64,000 bases of DNA from Candidatus Dormibacteria bacterium (GTDB lineage Bacteria; Chloroflexota; Dormibacteria; DASZGP01), in NCBI GenBank assembly GCA_046262455.1, contig JBHEMS010000002.1:1889-65888 (forward strand). The letters run 5' to 3'. Made by a program: the position numbers and the translations under genes. How positions within the stretch are numbered: position 1 is the first letter of the stretch; each line of letters opens with the position of its first letter. The notes under the pieces are model-generated. The model did not search any database and had not been told where the DNA came from. It worked only from the letters and a program-made list of their open reading frames with translations. Positions 36,527-43,778 of the stretch are shown here, in pieces.

Positions 36527-37885
36527 TCAGCGGCGCGCCGCCGCCCTCTTCCGCACAGCGGGCTTGACCGGCGCCCTGCGGCTGCGTGCCACGACGGGCG
36601 CGGCCAGCGCCTCCTCCGCGAGCACACCGTTGCCGTTGCCATTGCCATCGCCGCCGCCCTCCCCGGCCGCGTGGTGCCCCGCGAATGGACTGTGCCAGTC
36701 GCGGCCGACAGCCTCGGGCCTGCCGACTGGGCGCAGGATGAACTCCTCGGCCAGGCGATGGGCCACGTCGTCGGTGTACTGGGCGGGCGGAGATTTCATC
36801 AGCCAAGAGCTGGGGCCGAACAGAGAACCCTTGATGCCGTTGTCCAGCGCCAGCTTGCAGAAGCGAACGGCGTCGATGACAATGCCGGCGCTGTTGGGGC
36901 TGTCATGCACCTCGAGTTTCAGCTCGACATTGAGGGGCACGTCACCGAAGGATTTGCCCTCCAGGCGAATGAACGCCCATTTGCGGTCGCTGAGCCAGGG
37001 CACATAGTCCGATGGGCCGACGTGCACGTTCCTGGCCTCGATGTCCTTGTCCAGCTGGCTGGTGACGGCGTTGGTCTTGGAGATCTTCTTGGACTCCAGG
37101 CGCTCGCGCTCCAGCATGTTCAGGAAGTCGGTGTTCCCGCCGAAGTTCAGCTGGTAGGTGTTCTCCAGCTGGACGCCACGATCCTCGAAGAGGCGTGTGA
37201 GCACGCGGTGGACGATGGTTGCGCCGACCTGGGACTTGATGTCGTCACCCACGATCGGCAGACCGGCGTCCTCGAAGCGCTGCTGCCAGTACTCCTCCCG
37301 GGCGATGAACACCGGCATGCAGTTGACGACGGCAACACCGGCGGCCAGCGCCTGCTCCATGTACCAACGCGTGGCATCCTCCGAGCCGACCGGAAGGTAG
37401 TTGACAAGCACGTCGGCCTTGCTCTTTTTGAGGATGCCGACGACGTCGTCCGTCTTGCCCGGGGCCTTGTGGATCACTTCCTTCAGGTATTTGCCCAACC
37501 CGTCGAGGGTCATTCCACGGTGGACCTTGACCCCCATCCTGGGGACATCCGCGAATTTCACAGTGTTGTTCTGGCCGCTGAAGATGGCCTCCGAGAGGTC
37601 TTTGCCCACTTTCTCGCGGTCGATGTCGAAGGCCGCGACGAACTCGATGTCGCGGACGTGGTACCCGCCGAGGTCGACGTGCATGAGCCCCGGGACGGTG
37701 TCGGTCTGCTTCGCGTTGCGGTAGTAGTGGACGCCCTGCACCAGGGAACTGGCGCAGTTGCCGACGCCGACAATCGCGACCCTGACCTTGCGGTGGCCGC
37801 TACCCTTCGCCCTGGCGTTCCCGTTGACGGATGCCTTGACCTTGCCGTTGAGCTTGCCGTTGGAATTGCCGTTTTTAGATGGCAT
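36527..37885 (-). CDS. ino1: myo-Inositol-1-phosphate synthase with low-complexity N- and C-terminal extensions
   Basis: [22 protein letters not shown] and the [20 protein letters not shown] core. N/G/K-rich N-terminus and a GDGNGNGNG plus basic C-terminus. Confidence 0.93.
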   Translation of the reverse strand: MPSKNGNSNGKLNGKVKASVNGNARAKGSGHRKVRVAIVGVGNCASSLVQGVHYYRNAKQTDTVPGLMHVDLGGYHVRDIEFVAAFDIDREKVGKDLSEAIFSGQNNTVKFADVPRMGVKVHRGMTLDGLGKYLKEVIHKAPGKTDDVVGILKKSKADVLVNYLPVGSEDATRWYMEQALAAGVAVVNCMPVFIAREEYWQQRFEDAGLPIVGDDIKSQVGATIVHRVLTRLFEDRGVQLENTYQLNFGGNTDFLNMLERERLESKKISKTNAVTSQLDKDIEARNVHVGPSDYVPWLSDRKWAFIRLEGKSFGDVPLNVELKLEVHDSPNSAGIVIDAVRFCKLALDNGIKGSLFGPSSWLMKSPPAQYTDDVAHRLAEEFILRPVGRPEAVGRDWHSPFAGHHAAGEGGGDGNGNGNGVLAEEALAAPVVARSRRAPVKPAVRKRAAARR

Positions 37886-38222
37886 TGACTGTCTCCTTAC
37901 TCACTGGGTCGCTGATGGCGTTGCTGCGCGCCGGCGCGGCGCCCAGTCGCGCTCCCGGCATTCCGATCAACTGGTTGAACCGTTCCTGGATCTGGCGGAT
38001 GGACTCGCGATCGAGGCCACAGGACATCTCCCGGCCGCGCCGGCGGGTCTCGATGAGACCAGCGCGCCGCATCACCCGCAGGTGCCAGGACAGCAGTGGC
38101 TGGCTGAGCTTGAGCTCGCGGGCGATCTCGGAGGCGCTGACCTCGCCGTCCACAAGGATCGAGACGATGGCCAGCCTGGTCGGGTTGGCGAGGCCGATGA
38201 AGTGGGCCTTCAGGTCGCGCAT
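37875..38222 (-). CDS. ArsR/SmtB-family transcriptional regulator
   Basis: [47 protein letters not shown] is a winged HTH. ATG 38222 preferred. Its 3' end overlaps the ino1 start by 11 nt. Confidence 0.88.
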   Translation of the reverse strand: MRDLKAHFIGLANPTRLAIVSILVDGEVSASEIARELKLSQPLLSWHLRVMRRAGLIETRRRGREMSCGLDRESIRQIQERFNQLIGMPGARLGAAPARSNAISDPVSKETVNAI

Positions 38223-38275
38223 GGTCGCGGCTGCTGACAAAAAGACTGTCCCTCGACCCCCGTCTGGGGGGATCC

Positions 38276-38306
38276 ATAAAGAAAGATTTGATAAACGATT
38301 CTTTAT
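38276..38306. promoter_or_regulatory. AT-rich 8-bp perfect inverted repeat upstream of arsR (candidate operator)
   Basis: ATAAAGAA (38276..38283), 15 nt, then TTCTTTAT (38299..38306), 54 to 84 nt upstream of the ArsR ATG. It is the most AT-rich stretch I noticed in this part of the window. Confidence 0.35.
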
Positions 38307-38417
38307 GAGTCTAGTCGCGAGGACGACGTTGCGCAAGCGAAGGACCCAGATGCGGGCGCCGCTCCTTATAGTGTCTCAGTGTGAGAAGATGACACTGATC
38401 CCTTCAGGAGGTGACGC

Positions 38418-38645
38418 ATGCTCTGGATAATCCTGCTAATCGTGGTATTGCTGCTGCTGCTTGGCGGCGGTGGTGGCTACTACCGGCGCCGGCGCGTCAT
38501 CGCGCCGCCAGTGACGCCGATGGTTGTGGCCAACCCGGTGGTGACGACCCCTGTCGTCCAGACCCCTGTCGCAGAGACCCCGGGCGCGACGACCCCGACG
38601 GTGCAAACGCCACCCCCGGCCGCACCGGGGACAAGGGTCGAGTAG
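38418..38645 (+). CDS. 75-aa single-pass membrane protein with a Pro/Thr/Val-rich tail
   Basis: GGAGGTG RBS 5 nt before the ATG. MLWIILLIVVLLLLLGGGGGYYRRRR, then (P)VVTTPVVQTPVAETPGATTPTVQTPPP. Confidence 0.7.
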   Translation: MLWIILLIVVLLLLLGGGGGYYRRRRVIAPPVTPMVVANPVVTTPVVQTPVAETPGATTPTVQTPPPAAPGTRVE

Positions 38646-38678
38646 CCGGCGCCTGCCCGGGCTGTACGTCAGCCCAGG

Positions 38679-38840
38679 TCAGCAGATCCCGGGGCAGTTC
38701 CCCGCCCGCGCGACCGGGCACTGACTGGAGTAGCGGCAGTCCGACTGGCGGCGCCGCAACTCCTGGCGTAGGGCCGCCTGCAGGCGGCGCTGGGCGGCGC
38801 GGGTATCCGCGCGCTTGCGACTGGGCGACTTGTCGTCCAT
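38679..38840 (-). CDS. 53-aa basic, Cys-rich small protein
   Basis: AAGGAGG RBS 6 nt before ATG 38840. MDDKSPSRKRADTRAAQRRLQAALRQELRRRQSDCRYSSQCPVARAGNCPGIC. This is only the last 53 codons of track ORF 38679..39359. Confidence 0.5.
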   Translation of the reverse strand: MDDKSPSRKRADTRAAQRRLQAALRQELRRRQSDCRYSSQCPVARAGNCPGIC

Positions 38841-38964
38841 GAAGGCCTCCTTGAAGACGTTTGCAGAGCGTGGCCTTTGTCCTGGGCGGAGTATGCGCGC
38901 CGAGGCTCCATTCCGCAAAGGTGATAACGGTGGTGGTACCTTCAAAGCTCGCAGGAGGTAACCA

Positions 38965-39528
38965 GTGAGAAACGGAAGGACCAAGCAGGTCGAAGACATA
39001 GTCGACACGGTGATGAAGGAGCTGCAGAAGCGCAGCGAAGACGGCGCGAGCATCGCCGGCGACGCCATGGGCGACGCGATGGATAGTGCCGGCAAGGCGG
39101 CAGGCAAGGCCGTGAAGTCCGCCGGCAAGGCGGTCAAGGATGCCGACATCAACGACAAGGTGGAACGGATCCTGGAGTTCATCGAGCAGAACACCACGGT
39201 CCTGGCCAAGGTGGGCAAGAAGCTCGCCGGCGACGCCGCTGATGCTGCCCCCGGGGCGGCCTCGGCTGTCGGCGAGGCGGTTTCGGGGGCCGCCGAGGCG
39301 GGCGCCGAGGCGGTCAACGATGCCCTGGAGACGCTCGGGAAGGAGGTGTTCAAACCCACTGTGCGATACGGACGCGGAATTCGCCACGGCCTGGTGATCG
39401 GCGCCGTGCTGGCGATGCTCTATACCCCCTGGCCGGGCAAGGTCCTCCGCGAGAAGCTCACCGGGTTCGGCCGTGAGGTGGTCGACCTGGTCGACGCCAT
39501 GCGGGCCGGCGCGTCGGACGCGGCCTAG
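38965..39528 (+). CDS. Hypothetical Ala/Gly/Lys-repeat protein with a YtxH-like C-terminal hydrophobic segment
   Basis: GGAGGT RBS before GTG 38965. Repeats GKAAGKAVKSAGKAVKDA. LVIGAVLAMLYTPWPGKVLREKL resembles the YtxH motif. Confidence 0.7.
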   Translation: MRNGRTKQVEDIVDTVMKELQKRSEDGASIAGDAMGDAMDSAGKAAGKAVKSAGKAVKDADINDKVERILEFIEQNTTVLAKVGKKLAGDAADAAPGAASAVGEAVSGAAEAGAEAVNDALETLGKEVFKPTVRYGRGIRHGLVIGAVLAMLYTPWPGKVLREKLTGFGREVVDLVDAMRAGASDAA

Positions 39529-39539
39529 AGCCAGTTCAA

Positions 39540-41960
39540 CTAGGCCTGGTCCTGCGCCTTCGGGCCCAGGACCAGTCGCCTGCCCGGCGGCGTCGCGCCA
39601 AAGGGCAGCGGCTCCGACCGGGCGGCGAGCCAACCATCGATGAGGTCGGCGTAGTTCGCGCTACCGGGGTGACCCGATTGCCCCGGGGCGTGGCCCCATG
39701 AGGACCCTTCCCCGCGCAGGTCGTACACCGCGCGGTAGAACGCTGCAGTCACCTTTCCCGGACCGGAGTCGGCGGCGGTGACCGTGCCCACGCGCACCGT
39801 GTCGGCGTCCCCGGGGGCTTGGAAGGGCCCCCGCGACAGCACCGGCCGCAAGGCGCTCACCGCCTGGGCGAGCGGGTGCTCGAAGGCAAACGCCCGGAGG
39901 CTGCCCAGGCGCCAGGCCGAAGGACTGGTCCCCTGGGTGGCCGCGAGCTCGGCCCAGGCCTGGTCGAGGCTGACCCATAGGACTTCCGGGCCTGCCTCAA
40001 CGCCATCCAGACGGCCGCCGTCCACCAGGCGGGCGCAGATCGTAAGCAGCCCCGGGGTCAGGCGGCCGCTGTACGGCCCGTCCGGGAACACATCGGTGGC
40101 TCCCGCACCCAGCAGGTAGCGACGCATCGTTGGGCTGAGGCGCCGGCCAACCAACTGCTCGAAGAGATGGGCCGTGGCCCGCTCGTAGAGGGCGGCCTCG
40201 GCCGACTCGAGATCCAGCCGGCAATCCCATCCCCGCAGGAGCTCCACCGCTGCTTCCGGGCGTCCAGCTGGCAACCTGGCGGCAAGGCTGAGCACGATCT
40301 CCCGAAAACGAACCGCCGCCGGGCTCATGGTGTCCGCCTGGAGCGCCTCACAAAGCTCCGGCGTCACCACGTCGGCCGCCATCAGCGCCTCGTGGATGCG
40401 GCTGGCACGGAAGCCGCCCGACGGCTCGCACACCAGCGGGTGCGGGGTGGTATCCAGCGCGACCGGCTGGTTGGCCGCGATCACCTCGCCCGTCGGCGGG
40501 TTGAAGAGCTCCGGCATCTCCTCCAAGGGGATGAACCCAGCCCACTCGTCAGCGGCTGCCCAGCCCCTGGCCGGAACCCGCCCCTGACCGGCGCGCCGAA
40601 GCGGGATGAATCCCCCCAGCCGATACCCAATGTTCCCCTCGACGTCCGCAAAGGTCATCCCCAGCGCCGGCGTCGGACAGCTCGAAACCGCGGCGCGAAA
40701 GCCACGCCAGTCGGAGGCCAGGTTGAGGCGGCGGAGCCAGCCGATGCTGTCGACCTCGGAGTCGAACCCCACCCAGCGCAGGGACATGGGAGGCTGCGTG
40801 CCACCCACCGCGGGGCTGATGATCGGCCCCCGGCGGGTGACCAGCACATCCTCCACCACGGGCTTGCCTCCGCGAACCCTGATGACCTCGCGGAAGCGGA
40901 CCGCGTCCCGCCACTCGCCACGGTCGTCGAACTGCAGCGGGTTGTTGGGGTTGAAGCGCTCGACGTAGAGGTCCTGGACGGAGACGTTGGCGTTGACCAT
41001 TCCCCACGCCATCCGTTGGTTGCGGCCGAACAGGAGGTAGGGGGCGCCACAGAATGTCAGACCGGCGAGCTCTTCCCCACCGGCGCGGATGCGAGCACGG
41101 TACCAGGGGCTGGGTATGCCGATCGGCGCGTGAGGGTCATTGGCGAGGATCGCGCCCCCACCCAGGGTGCGCGACCCGTGGACCGCCCAACTGTTGCTGG
41201 CGGGGGCCCACGCGCTGAGTCCGAGGAGGTCTTCGGCCGCGCGCATCTCGTCGAGCCACTCGGTGGACGGGTACACACCGGCCGCGGCGAGGTCGTCGAG
41301 CGGCTGAGCTGCGCTGCCGGCGAATACCGGGTCCAGCGTCGCGGTGAGGTCGGGACCGAGTTCCTTGAGGAGGCGCATCCGGATCAGCTGCGCCTCCCAG
41401 TTACCCGCCTGGCTGAAGCTGAGCACCCGCCCGATCGCCAGCGTGTCCTCAGGTGTCCACGGCTCGGGCCGGTGACGGATGATCGTGAACTCCGCAGGCA
41501 GGGGGCGGTCGCGCAGCGCGGCATTGACGCCGTCGGTGTACGCCAGCACCTCCTGCCTGAGCTCCCCGGCGGCATGGGTCACGTGCCATTCCGCCTCGGA
41601 GACGCGCCGCATGCCCAGCCGGCGCATCAGCCGGTCCACCCCGACTGCGCGCGGACCGACCACCTCGCTGAGCCGCCCGGCGGCCAGCCTCCGCTGCAGT
41701 TCCATCTGCCAGAGCCGGTCCTGTCCGTGCAGGAAACCGAGCGCAAGGCAGGCATCCCGGCGGTTCTGCGCCACCACCAACGGCACGCCGTGCCCGTCCC
41801 GTGTGATCTCCACCTCGGCAGAGAGCCCATCGACCGCCATTCGGCCTTCGGTGCGCGGCAGGGGACGTCGAAAGATGACGTGGTAGGCCGCCGAGATGCC
41901 GCCAACGCCCAGCGCCAGCGCCAGGAGCAGGAACAGAAGCGGCGTCAACATGGTTCGCAA
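39540..41960 (-). CDS. Penicillin acylase family Ntn-hydrolase
   Basis: N-terminal TM/signal. LGFLHGQDRLWQMELQRR and the nucleophile motif SNSWAVHGSRT. Confidence 0.92.
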   Translation of the reverse strand: MRTMLTPLLFLLLALALGVGGISAAYHVIFRRPLPRTEGRMAVDGLSAEVEITRDGHGVPLVVAQNRRDACLALGFLHGQDRLWQMELQRRLAAGRLSEVVGPRAVGVDRLMRRLGMRRVSEAEWHVTHAAGELRQEVLAYTDGVNAALRDRPLPAEFTIIRHRPEPWTPEDTLAIGRVLSFSQAGNWEAQLIRMRLLKELGPDLTATLDPVFAGSAAQPLDDLAAAGVYPSTEWLDEMRAAEDLLGLSAWAPASNSWAVHGSRTLGGGAILANDPHAPIGIPSPWYRARIRAGGEELAGLTFCGAPYLLFGRNQRMAWGMVNANVSVQDLYVERFNPNNPLQFDDRGEWRDAVRFREVIRVRGGKPVVEDVLVTRRGPIISPAVGGTQPPMSLRWVGFDSEVDSIGWLRRLNLASDWRGFRAAVSSCPTPALGMTFADVEGNIGYRLGGFIPLRRAGQGRVPARGWAAADEWAGFIPLEEMPELFNPPTGEVIAANQPVALDTTPHPLVCEPSGGFRASRIHEALMAADVVTPELCEALQADTMSPAAVRFREIVLSLAARLPAGRPEAAVELLRGWDCRLDLESAEAALYERATAHLFEQLVGRRLSPTMRRYLLGAGATDVFPDGPYSGRLTPGLLTICARLVDGGRLDGVEAGPEVLWVSLDQAWAELAATQGTSPSAWRLGSLRAFAFEHPLAQAVSALRPVLSRGPFQAPGDADTVRVGTVTAADSGPGKVTAAFYRAVYDLRGEGSSWGHAPGQSGHPGSANYADLIDGWLAARSEPLPFGATPPGRRLVLGPKAQDQA

Positions 41961-42013
41961 AGATATCCGCGCGACGGTTGAGCCGGGCAGCCAGGGGGAA
42001 AACTAGAATCGAA

Positions 42014-42652
42014 ATGATGCAACCAGAGGTCACCATCTACACCACTCCGACCTGCACTTATTGCGCTGCTGCCAAGCGCTGGTTCAAGGAGCACGGCGTG
42101 ACATACACAGAGCACGACGTGACCCGGGACCCCGTCAGGGCCGCGGAGCTCCAGCGTTTGACGGGGCAGACCGCGGTGCCGGTGATCCGCGTCGGGGGCC
42201 AGGTGATGGTCGGCTTCGACCCTCTCCAGTTGGCCAGGTTGATCCCGGCCAACCCCGACCCCGCGGACGGTGGGGCAGCCTCCCCGGCGGGACCGCGTCT
42301 GAGCCTGGGCATGGCCGCGCAGTCCCTGACCGCCGAGCGCGCGGCGGAGCTGGGCCTGCCCGCGGCTTTCGGCGTGGTGGTCGGCCCGGTCAGGGCGGGG
42401 GGGCCCGCCGAGGCGGCGGGCATCCAGGAGGGTGACGTCCTGACGGGGCTGGGCAGCTACACCCTGCAGGACCTCTCGCAGCTGCAGCGCGTCGTCTCCC
42501 TGAAGCAGCCAGGAGACTCGCTGGCCCTGAAAGTGTGGCGTGACGGCGCCGAGTTGGAACTGACCCTGCACTTCCCGGCGCCCGAGGTCGCCACAGCGCC
42601 GTCCACGCCGGCATCAGCCTCCCCGCCGGAACAGCAGCCCCTCGAGACCTGA
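42014..42652 (+). CDS. Glutaredoxin/NrdH-like redoxin fused to a PDZ domain
   Basis: VTIYTTPTCTYCAAAKRWFKEHGVTYTEHDV...TAVPVIRVGG is a CxxC redoxin. GVVVGPVRAGGPAEAAGIQEGDVLTGLG...LKVWRDG is a PDZ domain. ATG 42014 preferred. Confidence 0.85.
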   Translation: MMQPEVTIYTTPTCTYCAAAKRWFKEHGVTYTEHDVTRDPVRAAELQRLTGQTAVPVIRVGGQVMVGFDPLQLARLIPANPDPADGGAASPAGPRLSLGMAAQSLTAERAAELGLPAAFGVVVGPVRAGGPAEAAGIQEGDVLTGLGSYTLQDLSQLQRVVSLKQPGDSLALKVWRDGAELELTLHFPAPEVATAPSTPASASPPEQQPLET

Positions 42653-42686
42653 ACTGGGGCTGCGGGAGCGCTTTCAGCCGGGGACG

Positions 42687-43415
42687 GTGCTCCTTGGTGG
42701 CCACCGAGGCAACCCCTTCGAGCACCCCGAGAACACCCTGGCGTCCTTTGCGTCCGCGATCGACCTCGGGGTTGACGTGATCGAGTGCGACGTCCACCGG
42801 ACCGCCGACGGCCACCTCGCGGTGATCCACGATCACACCCTGGAGCGCACCACCAATGGCCGGGGACGGGTGGGGAGCCGGACGATGGCGGAGTTGCGGG
42901 CGTTGGACGGCGGTAGGGGCGAGCGCATCCCCGAGCTCGCAGAGGTCCTGGAACTAGCCCGCGGCCGCGTGGGGGTGGCGATCGAGATCAAGAGCCTGCC
43001 GGTGCACTACCCAGGTCTAGAAGAACTGGTCGTGCAGACGCTGCGCGACCTGCGCATGGTCCAGGACTCCGCCGTCATCTGTTTCGATCACCGCGTCATT
43101 CGCAGGGTTCGAGATCTTGAGGAGGGCGTCGTTGTGGGCGCGCTGGTGGCGGGGCGGCCGCTGCTTTTGCCCGAGCTCCTGGCCTACTCCAGGGCCGAGG
43201 TGTATTCCCCTCACTGGAGCTTTGCCGACGAGGAGGTCGTCGGGGAGGTGCACGCGTGTGGGGCCGTCGTCGGAGTCTGGACCGTGGATGACGAAGCCAC
43301 CCTCGACGACGCGGTTGCCGCGGGCGTGGACGCGGTGTACAGCAACCGTCCCGGGGTCATCGCCAGGGTCCTCGGGGAACGCGGCACGCCGCGACCGGGG
43401 GTCGCCCCGACCTGA
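42687..43415 (+). CDS. Glycerophosphodiester phosphodiesterase
   Basis: GHRGNPFEHPENTLASFASAIDLGVDVIECDVHRTADGHLAVIHD. Confidence 0.92.
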   Translation: MLLGGHRGNPFEHPENTLASFASAIDLGVDVIECDVHRTADGHLAVIHDHTLERTTNGRGRVGSRTMAELRALDGGRGERIPELAEVLELARGRVGVAIEIKSLPVHYPGLEELVVQTLRDLRMVQDSAVICFDHRVIRRVRDLEEGVVVGALVAGRPLLLPELLAYSRAEVYSPHWSFADEEVVGEVHACGAVVGVWTVDDEATLDDAVAAGVDAVYSNRPGVIARVLGERGTPRPGVAPT

Positions 43416-43442
43416 GTCTCTCCCGATCGACGGGAGTGGGGT

Positions 43443-43712
43443 TCAGGCCGCGGAGCGGCGCCTGGTGGGTGGGAGGGCCATCGGGGTGAGGAACGGCTCC
43501 TGGGCTCGAAAGACGAGGTCGATCAGTTCGCTGACGGGGGCCTGGTCCCTGCAGGCTACGCCGGCGCGGCGCAGGCGTGCCGTCAGGCTTCGGGGCAGGG
43601 AGTGGGCGTCACGGAGGTTGAGCACTTCCAGGTCGGCAAGGATGGCGTCCAGGTTATGCAGCTGGTGGCGTCGGTAGAGCTCGGAGTTGTTCGTAAGAGT
43701 GGTGTTGAGCAC
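43443..43712 (-). CDS. Hypothetical 89-aa protein
   Basis: ATG ORF with GC3-rich codon usage consistent with coding. No family recognised. Confidence 0.45.
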   Translation of the reverse strand: MLNTTLTNNSELYRRHQLHNLDAILADLEVLNLRDAHSLPRSLTARLRRAGVACRDQAPVSELIDLVFRAQEPFLTPMALPPTRRRSAA

Positions 43713-43778
43713 CTCTCCACAATGGCGGGGGCAACAGGGCGGGGCAGCGAAGACTCGGCCAAGACTTGTTAAGAAACG

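Noticed and set aside
38841-39359. Upstream 173 codons of the 226-aa minus-strand ORF 38679..39359.
   Set aside because: This part is antisense to the YtxH-like gene (38965..39528) and is low-complexity Ala/Ser/Pro. Only the final 53 codons, which have their own strong RBS, were kept, and only tentatively.
40167-41981. 604-aa + strand ORF, the longest of many very long ORFs opposite annotated genes. Others include 8937..10274, 17392..18726, 36377..37888, 53283..54710, 56787..58016, 59820..61442, 62875..63915, 48219..49514, 22767..23822 and 24311..25435.
   Set aside because: These are typical high-GC shadow ORFs. Their translations are Arg/Pro/Gly/His-rich with no motifs. Each is fully antisense to a gene with clear family signatures such as penicillin acylase, hisC/holB, moxR, ino1, tgpA or pdxS.
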